Origin: Candidatus Cloacimonadota bacterium
GTDB taxonomy: Bacteria > Cloacimonadota > Cloacimonadia > G963667145
Assembly: GCA_963676615.1 (NCBI GenBank)
Contig: OY781092.1
Coordinates: 608,001-672,000 of the forward strand
Length of the DNA: 64,000 nucleotides
Reading direction: 5' to 3'
The position numbers and the translations under genes were made by a program. Shown piece after piece: positions 27,583 through 36,014 of the stretch; position 1 is the stretch's first letter, and each line of letters begins with the position of its first letter. The notes below the pieces were generated by a model. It searched no databases. It was not told the DNA's origin and saw only the letters and a program-made list of their open reading frames with translations.

Positions 27583-28823
27583 TCCACGGGCGAAAAAAAC
27601 TTTCGGGCAGTGTCGAAATTGGCGGAGCGAAAAACGCTGTTTTGCCGATTATGGCTGCCACGATGCTCGCTAGAGGCAAATTTGTCCTAAAAAATGTTCC
27701 TCAGTTGCAAGATGTGGAGTTTATGGCGTCGCTGTTGCAGACGATGGGGGTGAAGGTCGAGCATCACGGCTCGACGATGCGTATAGACACCACTGGCGTT
27801 TGTTTTCAGGAGGCTCCCTACGATATCGTGCGGAAGATGCGTGCGTCGATTTATGTGCTTGCTCCGCAGCTGGCGCTGTTTGGCAAGGCGAGCGTCTCTT
27901 TTCCTGGTGGATGTGCTATCGGTGCGCGTCCTGTCGATTTTCACCTACAGGCGATGGAGGCTCTTGGCGCAGAAATTTCCATAAATCACGGCAATATTTT
28001 GGCGTCTGCGACCTCGCTTAAAGGTTGCGATTTTCATTTTGAAAAAATTTCGGTCGGAGCGACGGCGAATATGCTTATGGCGAGCTGTTTGGCGGAAGGT
28101 CGCACCGTGATAGACAATGCAGCCAAGGAGCCAGAAATAGACGATTTGGCAAATTTCCTCATCAAAATGGGCGCTCACATCCAAGGAGTGGGAAGTTCAA
28201 CTTTGGTCGTAGATGGCGTAAGCTCTTTGCACGCTTGCGATTATAAAGTTATTCCCGACAGAATCGAAGCGGGGACTTTTTTGCTCGCTGGAGCTATTAC
28301 TGGCAGCAAAATCACGGTCAAAAATTGTCAGCCACAGCATTTGAAAGCGTTGTTTCAGAAAATGGAAGAGGCTGGCTGCAGATTTGAAATCGGCGAAGAT
28401 TGCGTGGAGGTGATTCCAGCGGAAAAAATTGCTTGCGCAAAAAGGACGCTCACCGCCGAATATCCGGGATTTCCGACAGATTTGCAAGCGCAATTTATGG
28501 CGTATATGGCTATCGCAGAAGGCAGTTGCGTCATCGAAGATGTGATTTTTCCCGACCGATTTATGCATGTGGCAGAGCTTGGGCGTTTGGGAGCGAACAT
28601 CAAAATTGAAAAAAATATCGCCATTGTGGAAGGTGTGGAAAGTTTGAGTGGAGCGAAAGTTATGGCGACAGACCTGCGGGCGAGTGCGGCTTTGGTTTTG
28701 GCGGGACTTGCCAGCGATAACACCACCGAGATAATGCGGATTTATCACATCAAAAGAGGCTACGAAAATATCGAGAAAAAACTGCAGAAACTTGGCGCAG
28801 ATATTAGGATCGAGGAAAGTTAG
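27567..28823 (+). CDS. murA: UDP-N-acetylglucosamine 1-carboxyvinyltransferase
   Basis: GAKNAVLP, MRASI, PGGCAIGARP (active-site Cys), DRIEAGT, FPTDLQAQ, DLRASA. Confidence 0.97.
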   Translation: MEKFVIHGRKKLSGSVEIGGAKNAVLPIMAATMLARGKFVLKNVPQLQDVEFMASLLQTMGVKVEHHGSTMRIDTTGVCFQEAPYDIVRKMRASIYVLAPQLALFGKASVSFPGGCAIGARPVDFHLQAMEALGAEISINHGNILASATSLKGCDFHFEKISVGATANMLMASCLAEGRTVIDNAAKEPEIDDLANFLIKMGAHIQGVGSSTLVVDGVSSLHACDYKVIPDRIEAGTFLLAGAITGSKITVKNCQPQHLKALFQKMEEAGCRFEIGEDCVEVIPAEKIACAKRTLTAEYPGFPTDLQAQFMAYMAIAEGSCVIEDVIFPDRFMHVAELGRLGANIKIEKNIAIVEGVESLSGAKVMATDLRASAALVLAGLASDNTTEIMRIYHIKRGYENIEKKLQKLGADIRIEES

Positions 28824-28870
28824 CTTTTAGCCTGCTTTGAATTTGCTCTTGACAAAAAAGCAAATGTTAA

Positions 28871-29083
28871 ATGAATAAAAAAACTGCTGAAATTATTTTG
28901 GATTAGCAGGGGAAAACATTGGCAGAAAAGAACAAAGAAATCTTTGAAAATAATTTGGTTACTCGCAAAGATTTGGCAGAAACTGAGACAAAAATTGTAA
29001 AATGGGTAGTGGGAGTTATGATAGCACAAGTTGCTTTAATTTTATCTGCAATGACAATTTTGTTTAATACATTTTTGCCATGA
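28871..29083 (+). pseudogene. DUF1640/CCDC90-like coiled-coil+TM ORF with in-frame TAG (or a 54-aa protein starting at TTG 28919)
   Basis: Manual translation MNKKTAEIILD*QGKTLAEKNKEIFENNLVTRKDLAETETKIVKWVVGVMIAQVALILSAMTILFNTFLP*; TAG at 28904-28906. LVTRKDL...IVKWVVG..IAQ resembles DUF1640. Confidence 0.55.
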
Positions 29084-29158
29084 AAAGTTGTATATAACAA
29101 AGGTTATATAGACAGAAACTCTAATAGGTTGGTAATATTTATGAAGTTCAAAACAAAA

Positions 29159-29190
29159 CAGCAGTCAGCAGTCAGCAGTCAGCAGTCAGC
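29159..29190 (+). repeat. Heptanucleotide tandem repeat (CAGCAGT) x4 plus CAGC
   Basis: Perfect repeat read directly; lies inside a 22-codon ORF at 29141-29209. Confidence 0.97.
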
Positions 29191-29233
29191 CAAGTTTTTG
29201 ATGAATTAGAGTCAATAGTTTTTAGAGAACACC

Positions 29234-29274
29234 AAAAGATAGTTTAATCGGTTACGATTGAACTATCTTTTTTT
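29234..29274 (+). terminator. 17-bp hairpin with U-tract, upstream of the lipoprotein gene
   Basis: AAAAGATAGTTTAATCG-GTTA-CGATTGAACTATCTTTT (one G:U pair) with a T run to 29274. Confidence 0.8.
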
Positions 29275-29308
29275 ATTTGGATTTTTAATAAAAAAAGGAG
29301 AGAAAAAA

Positions 29309-30652
29309 ATGAAGAAATTTAATTTATTGGTTTTGGGAGTAATTGCATTATTTGCTTTTGCTTGTACTGGTTCTACTGGAAGTGGGGATGATCCAGAGAG
29401 GAAGGAAGATGATCAAACTTTGAGTACTATAAAAATTAGTGGAAATTTTGTGTCATTGAGTACGAACAAAAGTGTTATGCAAAATTCTACAGCTAGCCAA
29501 TATTATGTTTGGTTTTATAGTATTGACAATAGTGGTGTTCACTTTTTGCAAAAAAGTGAAGTTGGTTCTACAGGAAATTTTTCTGCGAATATTGAAGATG
29601 ATAAAAAATTTGTAGCTTTTTTGGTGGATGAGTCTAAAGATTATGAAAAGTCAAAAGGTGTGATAGGTGTTTCTGTTGGTGAAGAAGAATGGGAAGCTTT
29701 AAATACCGAATATTTTGATGGTGATATAAATTTGGGGGATTTGTCTGGAAATAGCGATTTATATGAAAGTAGCTTTGATTTGGAAAGCAATGAAAATAAA
29801 AGCAATATTGAAAATTTGGCTAAATATGATAATATTCTCCGTAGCGTGAAAAATACTATAAACTTATCAGAATTAGGTGCTCGTTCTAGGAGTGATGTAG
29901 TGTTTGGATCTGAAAATAAAGATAAATTTAAAGATAATTATGGTGAAGTGTCTGATTTTAGTTTTTCAGGTTATCAGCTTGTTTTATATAGAGATGAAAA
30001 ATTTAATAGCGGCATTAAATTATATCCGCCTTCAGATGTTAGTTGGGGAAACGGAACATCTTATTCTACAATTTCTGGTTGTGATGCTAGTTATGAAAAT
30101 GATGATCAATTTTTGGAGTTTGGTTATGGAGAAGATAAGGACAATTTATTTCAAACTATTCCCGAAGGAAATTGGAGTCTGAAAGATAATAATGATAATG
30201 TGATAGCTTATTTGGATTATTATATATCGAAGCCAGTAAAAGATGATGGCAGAAGTGTAGTGCCGATGGTTAGTTTTAAAGTGAATACGGAAAATGATAA
30301 AATTGTGTCTTTTGACTTGAAATATTATCTGTATGACGGAAGTAATTATATAGAAATGACCGCAGAACAAATAGAAGCCTACAAGTTTCTTATTACTAAC
30401 TTTAGGTGTGGATTAGTTGATTTTAATCCAAATAATGATAATAATAAGAGGGTTGACGCGGATATAGATCTTAGTTTTGGAGAAAGTCATATAGAAATGA
30501 CCGATGCTATTTATCCTGATACAGAACTTTTGACAGATGGGAAATACGATTTTTATTACAATCAAAGCAGCGATAAAAGTTGTGATTACATAAGTTTTGG
30601 TTATGAACTTAATAATCTAAAAGTAAGCCAAAGGTTAAGGTTGGACAAATAA
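29309..30652 (+). CDS. Low-GC acidic hypothetical lipoprotein
   Basis: AAGGAG RBS; MKKFNLLVLGVIALFAFAC lipobox; Gly/Ser linker; D/E/N/Y-rich; codon usage much more AT-rich than flanking genes. Confidence 0.85.
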   Translation: MKKFNLLVLGVIALFAFACTGSTGSGDDPERKEDDQTLSTIKISGNFVSLSTNKSVMQNSTASQYYVWFYSIDNSGVHFLQKSEVGSTGNFSANIEDDKKFVAFLVDESKDYEKSKGVIGVSVGEEEWEALNTEYFDGDINLGDLSGNSDLYESSFDLESNENKSNIENLAKYDNILRSVKNTINLSELGARSRSDVVFGSENKDKFKDNYGEVSDFSFSGYQLVLYRDEKFNSGIKLYPPSDVSWGNGTSYSTISGCDASYENDDQFLEFGYGEDKDNLFQTIPEGNWSLKDNNDNVIAYLDYYISKPVKDDGRSVVPMVSFKVNTENDKIVSFDLKYYLYDGSNYIEMTAEQIEAYKFLITNFRCGLVDFNPNNDNNKRVDADIDLSFGESHIEMTDAIYPDTELLTDGKYDFYYNQSSDKSCDYISFGYELNNLKVSQRLRLDK

Positions 30653-30688
30653 AAGTTGAAAGATTAGAAAATAGTTGTATAGTTATAG

Positions 30689-30723
30689 AAAGCCGAGCCG
30701 CAAAATTGCGACTCGGTTTTTTT
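30689..30723. terminator. Probable bidirectional intrinsic terminator between convergent genes
   Basis: AAAGCCGAGCCGCAA-AA-TTGCGACTCGGTTTT-TTT. Confidence 0.8.
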
Positions 30724-30730
30724 GTGCAAA

Positions 30731-32134
30731 TCAATCTTTTTTGCAAAAGTCGATGCCAGTTGTTTTTTGCGCTTTGGCTATGAGCTCAGCAGCTAGCTCA
30801 TTTTGTTTTTTTATTAGCGGAGCGAGCTCGAAGTTGTGTTTGCCGTTTTCGATAACGACTTTGCCGTTGATGATGGATGTGTCCACGCAGGCTGTGTCTT
30901 GGCAGAAGATGAGCGCTGCCACAGGGTCGCTCATTCCGCCAGCGTAGGCGATGCGCTGCATATCGTAGAGGACGATGTCCGCGCATTTGCCGACTTCGAG
31001 GCTGCCGATATCGTCGCGACCGAGCGCCAAAGCTCCGCCTTTGGTGGCTATCCAAAGCACATCGCGAGCCGTCAGCCAGTTTTTTTTGTCTTCTCGCAGC
31101 CGAGAAAGGAGCATCGCCAGACGAGCCTCTGTCAGCATATTAGACGAGTCGTTGGAGGCAGAACCGTCCACGCCAAGTCCAACACACACTCCAGCGTCAA
31201 GCATCTCTCTGATGCGGGCAATTCCCGAGCCGAGTCGCATATTGGACGAAGGACAGTGCGAGATGCCCATTTTGCGGGAGCCCATCGTTTTAATTTCGTC
31301 GTCGCTGAGGTGAATCGAGTGAGCAGTCCAGCTGTTTTCGGCGATCCAGCCCAAGTCGTCTAGATATTTGGCAGGTCTTGCGCCAAACTTTTCGATGCAA
31401 AAATTTTCTTCGTCTTTGGTCTCGGCTAGATGCGTGTGGATCATCAGATTGTTGGCTTTGGCAAATTCGGCGACGCTTTTCATTTGTTTGCCAGTTACCG
31501 AAAAAGGCGAGCAAGGCGCAAGGCTAATGCGGAGCATCGCCCCAAAAGAAGGGTCGTGATATTTCTCGATTAAGCGTTTGCTGTCTTGCAAAATTTCATC
31601 TTCGTCTTGAACGACATCGTCGGGCGGCAACCCGCCGTCTTTTGTAGAAAGCGTCATCGAGCCTCTTGTCGGCTGAAAGCGGATGCCGAGCTCTTGCGCC
31701 GCCCTTATCTCTTGGTCGATAAGCTTGCCGTCGGTGTGCCTGGGGAAAAGATACATATGATCGGTGGAGGTTGTGCAGCCCGTGAGCAGCAGCTCCAAAA
31801 GTCCGACTTTCGCCGAAATATATACGCCCTCGCTCGTCAGCTCACGCCACAGCTCGTAATGATTTACCAGCCACGGAAAAAGCTCCTGGTCTTGCATTTT
31901 CGGGACATTTCGTGTCAGCGTCTGATAGAGGTGATGATGGCAGTTTACCATTCCAGGCATCGCCAATTTTCCCGTTGCATCGACGATTTTGTCAAAAGTT
32001 TCGCCTTTTTTGGGCTGATAATTCATCGATTTTATCAGATTGCCCTCGATTAAAATGTTTGTATTTCTCAGCTCGTCCTTGTTCTGATTTTGCGTCGCCA
32101 CAACCAAAGGGTTTTTGATTAAGATTTTACTCAT
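30731..32134 (-). CDS. 8-oxoguanine deaminase-like amidohydrolase (AtzB/SsnA group)
   Basis: PGMVNCHHHLYQTLTR, GCTTSTDHMY, RGSM..DGGLPPD, LAPCSPFSV, HTHLAET, HCPSSNMRLGSG, GVDGSASND. Confidence 0.88.
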   Translation of the reverse strand: MSKILIKNPLVVATQNQNKDELRNTNILIEGNLIKSMNYQPKKGETFDKIVDATGKLAMPGMVNCHHHLYQTLTRNVPKMQDQELFPWLVNHYELWRELTSEGVYISAKVGLLELLLTGCTTSTDHMYLFPRHTDGKLIDQEIRAAQELGIRFQPTRGSMTLSTKDGGLPPDDVVQDEDEILQDSKRLIEKYHDPSFGAMLRISLAPCSPFSVTGKQMKSVAEFAKANNLMIHTHLAETKDEENFCIEKFGARPAKYLDDLGWIAENSWTAHSIHLSDDEIKTMGSRKMGISHCPSSNMRLGSGIARIREMLDAGVCVGLGVDGSASNDSSNMLTEARLAMLLSRLREDKKNWLTARDVLWIATKGGALALGRDDIGSLEVGKCADIVLYDMQRIAYAGGMSDPVAALIFCQDTACVDTSIINGKVVIENGKHNFELAPLIKKQNELAAELIAKAQKTTGIDFCKKD

Positions 32135-32232
32135 CTTTGTCAGCTCCTTGATAACTTTTATTCACATAAAATTATGAGCGTATCTTATTTGCCAAGCAAA
32201 ATTTACAAATTTAGAAAAAAAGATTAAAAAGG

Positions 32233-32290
32233 TTGACATCTTCACGATAAGTATTTAATAGTCATAAAAAATCAGAAAAAGTCAAGGAGG
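32233..32290 (+). promoter_or_regulatory. dcw promoter region with 10-bp-period NTCA direct repeats (candidate MraZ boxes)
   Basis: TTGACA at 32233; TTCA/GTAT/GTCA/ATCA/GTCA starting at 32241/32251/32261/32271/32281, then AGGAGG RBS. Confidence 0.55.
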
Positions 32291-32296
32291 TGCAAA

Positions 32297-32731
32297 ATGT
32301 CTGGTCGTTTTAATGGAGTTAGCGAAGTTACCCTAAATCAGCTCAGGGTCGTTATTCCGTCTCAAATGAAAGAAAAATTCGCTCCAGAATCGCTGGGTAG
32401 AGTTGTGCTGACAGTTGGTGTCGGCAAGTCTATCGTTTTGTATCCTCTGGATAATTGGGACGAGTATTGCAGGCGAATGGAAGAGGGAACGGACGAGCAG
32501 GTGGCGATTATCGACTATTTGGCGGACTATGCAAAGGAGCAGAAAATCGAGGCTTCGGGCAGAGTGAAAATCGATCAGGAACTTTTGGAATATGCGGGAA
32601 TCACCGACAAGGCGATTTTGAAAGGCAACGGAAATTACATCTCTTTGTGGGCGCCAGACGAGCATCAAAAGAAAATAGAGGAAGGGCTCAAGCGTTTTTC
32701 CAATCTTACGCCAAAAGATTTGCGAGGCTAG
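32297..32731 (+). CDS. mraZ: Division/cell-wall cluster transcriptional repressor MraZ (divergent)
   Basis: 144 aa; two AbrB-like repeats (RVVIP, GRVKI, ISLW); first gene before rsmH. Confidence 0.88.
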   Translation: MSGRFNGVSEVTLNQLRVVIPSQMKEKFAPESLGRVVLTVGVGKSIVLYPLDNWDEYCRRMEEGTDEQVAIIDYLADYAKEQKIEASGRVKIDQELLEYAGITDKAILKGNGNYISLWAPDEHQKKIEEGLKRFSNLTPKDLRG

Positions 32732-33628
32732 ATGGACAAGCATATTTCGGTGCTGTTGAGCGAGAGCATTAGCCAGCTAAATATAAAGCCTTGTGGGGTT
32801 TATGTGGATTTGACGCTGGGAGAAGCAGGACACACCAAAAAGATTTTGGAGACGGACGAGACCTGCTTTGTGTATGGCGTTGATCGAGATCAGCGGGCGC
32901 TGGATTTTAGCGAAAAAGTTTTAGAAAATTTTGCGGGACGGTTTAAGTTGTTAAAATCGGATTTTGCATCTTTTAGGTCGGCTTTGGCTTTGCAAAAAGT
33001 GGGCAAAGTTGATGGGATTTTGCTCGATTTGGGAGTTTCGACGGTGCAGGTGCTTTCGGCAGAAAGGGGTTTTAGCTACACATACGAGGGCGAGCTGGAT
33101 ATGCGAATGGACAGATCTTTGAGCCTTACAGCCGAAAAAGTGGTGAACACTTTTAGCGCGGAGAGGTTGAAAAAGATTTTTTATGAATATGGAGACGAAA
33201 AAAAAGCGGGCTACTACGCAAAACTTATCGAAAAAGCAAGGCCTTTGCGGACGACGCTGGATTTAGCAAAAATTATTGGTTTGCACAACAAAAAGGCTTT
33301 GTCTCGGGTGTTTCAGGCGATTCGTATTTTTGTGAATGGCGAGCTGGAGCAAATCGAGCAGGTTATTCCCAAAGCGGTGGACGCACTGAAAGTTGGTGGT
33401 CGCTTGGCGATAATCTCTTATCACAGCAAGGAGGACAGGATTGTGAAGCAGCTGTTTAAGAAGTTTTCGCAAAGTTGTCAGTGTCCGCCAGAGTTGCCAG
33501 AGTGCGTTTGTGGATGCAGCCCGAAGTTAAAAATTATCACGAAAAAGCCGATTTGTCCGACGGACGAAGAGGTGAGAGAAAATAAAAGAGCCCGGAGCGC
33601 GAAGCTGCGAGTGGCTGAAAGGAGGTAG
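32732..33628 (+). CDS. rsmH: 16S rRNA m4C1402 methyltransferase
   Basis: HISVLL, DLTLGEAGH, DLGVS, LDMRMD, FQAIRIFVN, RARSAKLR. Confidence 0.97.
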   Translation: MDKHISVLLSESISQLNIKPCGVYVDLTLGEAGHTKKILETDETCFVYGVDRDQRALDFSEKVLENFAGRFKLLKSDFASFRSALALQKVGKVDGILLDLGVSTVQVLSAERGFSYTYEGELDMRMDRSLSLTAEKVVNTFSAERLKKIFYEYGDEKKAGYYAKLIEKARPLRTTLDLAKIIGLHNKKALSRVFQAIRIFVNGELEQIEQVIPKAVDALKVGGRLAIISYHSKEDRIVKQLFKKFSQSCQCPPELPECVCGCSPKLKIITKKPICPTDEEVRENKRARSAKLRVAERR

Positions 33629-33630
33629 AG

Positions 33631-33930
33631 ATGAAAAAAATGGCGGTTTTGCTGATGTTTTTGGTTGTTGTGGGCGCCGTGAGTGGACGCTTGAACAAAA
33701 AAGAGTTGCGAGAAAACACAAAAGAGATAAATCTTTTGGAGTATTCCAATTCGCTTTTGGTTGCCGAAAACAGACACATAAAAAGCGAAGTTAATCGATT
33801 GACACAAAGCTATAAGCAAAAATTTTTGTCGGGAGAAGATTTGGATATGGTCTTGCCCAAAAAAATCTTTTATGCAAAAGTGGACGAAGGAGAAGTAAAC
33901 TTGATTTTCGTGTTTACTGATAAAATATGA
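33631..33930 (+). CDS. ftsL: FtsL-like bitopic coiled-coil protein
   Basis: TM helix plus coiled coil; sits between rsmH and ftsI. Call rests mainly on synteny. Confidence 0.6.
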   Translation: MKKMAVLLMFLVVVGAVSGRLNKKELRENTKEINLLEYSNSLLVAENRHIKSEVNRLTQSYKQKFLSGEDLDMVLPKKIFYAKVDEGEVNLIFVFTDKI

Positions 33931-36014
33931 AACTTATTAGAATAATCAATTTCGTTCTCCTGGTCTTCACTGTTGTCTATCTGTTTGTTGTGCAAGTGGT
34001 TGACCCATACGATTTGGCAAAAGATTGGCAAACTCTCAACATTCCACGCAAAAAACTTTTGGTAGCCAAAAGAGGCGATTTTTACGACCGCTTCGGCAAA
34101 ATTCTTGTCAGTTCGGACAATTTTTATCAGATAGATGTGGATAAGAATATCTTGAGTATTTACTCGCAAAAGGAGAAGGTTAAAGAGAGCTTGCCAGAGA
34201 TTTATATGGCGGTGGCAGATATTTTGGAGCTCAACTTGGGAATTGACGCCTACTCTGTTCTGACAAAGTCGCCCAAATTGAACTCTGTTTATATCAAAAA
34301 TATGGTGCCAGCTGTCACTTTGCGGAAAATTCGAGAAAGTTTTGCAAAAAAAAAACTACCGCAGCCTTTGGTTAGCTACAACGGCGCTAAAAGGGTCTCT
34401 TTGATCGATTTGGGACTGGAGCCTGTCATCGGGCAAACCAAAAGTGTGAGCAAAGAGGTGATGGACAGCAGGGAGTTTCGCGAGGATTTGATAGGTGTCA
34501 GCGGGCTGGAGAAATTTTTTGAGCAATCTTTGCATGGCGCAGACGGTTGGCAAAAATTTTATGCCAACGGAACGCCTTTTGTGCAGGGGCGCTACACAAA
34601 AAAACCGAAAGACGGCGCAAATATTTTTTTGACGATAGACAGCGATATTCAAGAGATTTTGAGTTCTACGCTCAAAAAAAACATCAAAAAGTATAAAGCA
34701 AAGTCGGCAATGGGTTTGGTGATGAATCCGAACACTGGCGAAATTTTGGCGTGTTGCGGCTACAAATATAGCGACGGCAAGGTCTCTTTGCCTTTTGCGA
34801 ACTATACTGTCTCGTATCTTTTTGCTCCTGGTTCGACGATTAAGCCTTTCATTTTGCAGCTTGGTTTGGACGAAGAACTTTTTAGCCAAGACACAAAAAT
34901 CGATTGCTCGCCATACAAAGTCAAGGGCGAAAGTCGGATGATAAAAGACCACTGGACGAACCGAAAAAGCGACACTTTGACTTTTGAGCAAATTTTGCAA
35001 TATTCTTCCAATGTTGGAGTGATGAAAGTTGCCGAAAAAATCGGCGGCGAGCTGTTGTATAAACGGTTGAAAAAGCTAGGGTTTGCCTCCTATCTACTCA
35101 CGGATATGTATGGCGAGTCGTCTGGAATTTTGCGCGACCCGTCGCAATGGAGCGACTACACGCTGACCTCTTTGGCGATTGGTCACGAGATCGCCCTAAC
35201 GCCCATTCAACTGGCTAGCGCCTACGCCAGCATCGCCAACGGCGGATTTTTGCTTCGTCCATACATCGTAAAGCGGATCGAGTATTCAGACGGCAGAGTG
35301 GAGGCACGCGATAAAAAGATTTTGGCGAAAATTTCCAACAAAAAAAATGTGAATTTGCTCAAAAAAATGATGAGCAAAGTTGTTGAAGGCGGAACGGCGC
35401 TGAAAACCAAAATCAAAAATATGCATATCGCCGGCAAAACGGGAACAGCGGAGGAGATTGCCCGAAGCAGCAAAGATAATTTGGTGCATTCGTCATCTTT
35501 TTGCGGATTTTTCCCGCTCGAAAATCCAAAATATTTGATTTTGACAGTTTTCGAGGACGCAAAAGGCGTTTATCATTACGCTTCAAAATCCGCTGTGCCA
35601 ACATTTCGGGAAGTTGTAACGAAGATGATAATCGACCCGAAAATCAATGTTATTGGCAACGAGCCGTTTTTGGTGATGCCTGATTTGAAAGGCTTGAGCA
35701 AATCTAAGGCGGAGTTTATTTTGAGCGAGGCTGGCATTGTCGGAAAGTTTGAGCAAAAAAACGCTGGCGACACCATCGTTGTTGAACAATTTCCCAAATC
35801 TTACCTCAAGTTTGCCAAGGGCATTCCCGCGACCGTGATTTTGGGCAAAGAAGCGGACGAGCCGCAGGAAGAGAAAGTGAATTTCGTGGGGTTGACTCTC
35901 AGAGAAGCTTTTGGATTGGCGCAAAAAAAGAACATCAACATCGAAGTTGTCGGCTCGGGAATTGTGCAATCGCAACACGATTTTGGCTTTGTGTTGGATT
36001 TGAGGGCAGAGTGA
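33927..36014 (+). CDS. ftsI: Class B penicillin-binding protein FtsI with C-terminal PASTA domains
   Basis: RGDFYDR, GVSGLE, PGSTIK (SxxK), SSN (SxN), KTGT; PASTA repeats (MPDLKGLS, NFVGLTLREA). Confidence 0.93.
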   Translation: MKLIRIINFVLLVFTVVYLFVVQVVDPYDLAKDWQTLNIPRKKLLVAKRGDFYDRFGKILVSSDNFYQIDVDKNILSIYSQKEKVKESLPEIYMAVADILELNLGIDAYSVLTKSPKLNSVYIKNMVPAVTLRKIRESFAKKKLPQPLVSYNGAKRVSLIDLGLEPVIGQTKSVSKEVMDSREFREDLIGVSGLEKFFEQSLHGADGWQKFYANGTPFVQGRYTKKPKDGANIFLTIDSDIQEILSSTLKKNIKKYKAKSAMGLVMNPNTGEILACCGYKYSDGKVSLPFANYTVSYLFAPGSTIKPFILQLGLDEELFSQDTKIDCSPYKVKGESRMIKDHWTNRKSDTLTFEQILQYSSNVGVMKVAEKIGGELLYKRLKKLGFASYLLTDMYGESSGILRDPSQWSDYTLTSLAIGHEIALTPIQLASAYASIANGGFLLRPYIVKRIEYSDGRVEARDKKILAKISNKKNVNLLKKMMSKVVEGGTALKTKIKNMHIAGKTGTAEEIARSSKDNLVHSSSFCGFFPLENPKYLILTVFEDAKGVYHYASKSAVPTFREVVTKMIIDPKINVIGNEPFLVMPDLKGLSKSKAEFILSEAGIVGKFEQKNAGDTIVVEQFPKSYLKFAKGIPATVILGKEADEPQEEKVNFVGLTLREAFGLAQKKNINIEVVGSGIVQSQHDFGFVLDLRAE

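Noticed and set aside
28904..28906. Amber recoding (pyrrolysine or alternative code)
   Set aside because: TAG terminates many conserved genes here at expected positions, and no pyl genes are in the window.
29159..29190. CRISPR array, or a frameshift switch fusing the leader to the lipoprotein
   Set aside because: No spacers are present, and an in-frame TAG at 29240-29242 blocks fusion to the lipoprotein frame at any repeat number.
32135..32230. Purine riboswitch upstream of the deaminase
   Set aside because: The leader is short and AT-rich and lacks the conserved aptamer core.
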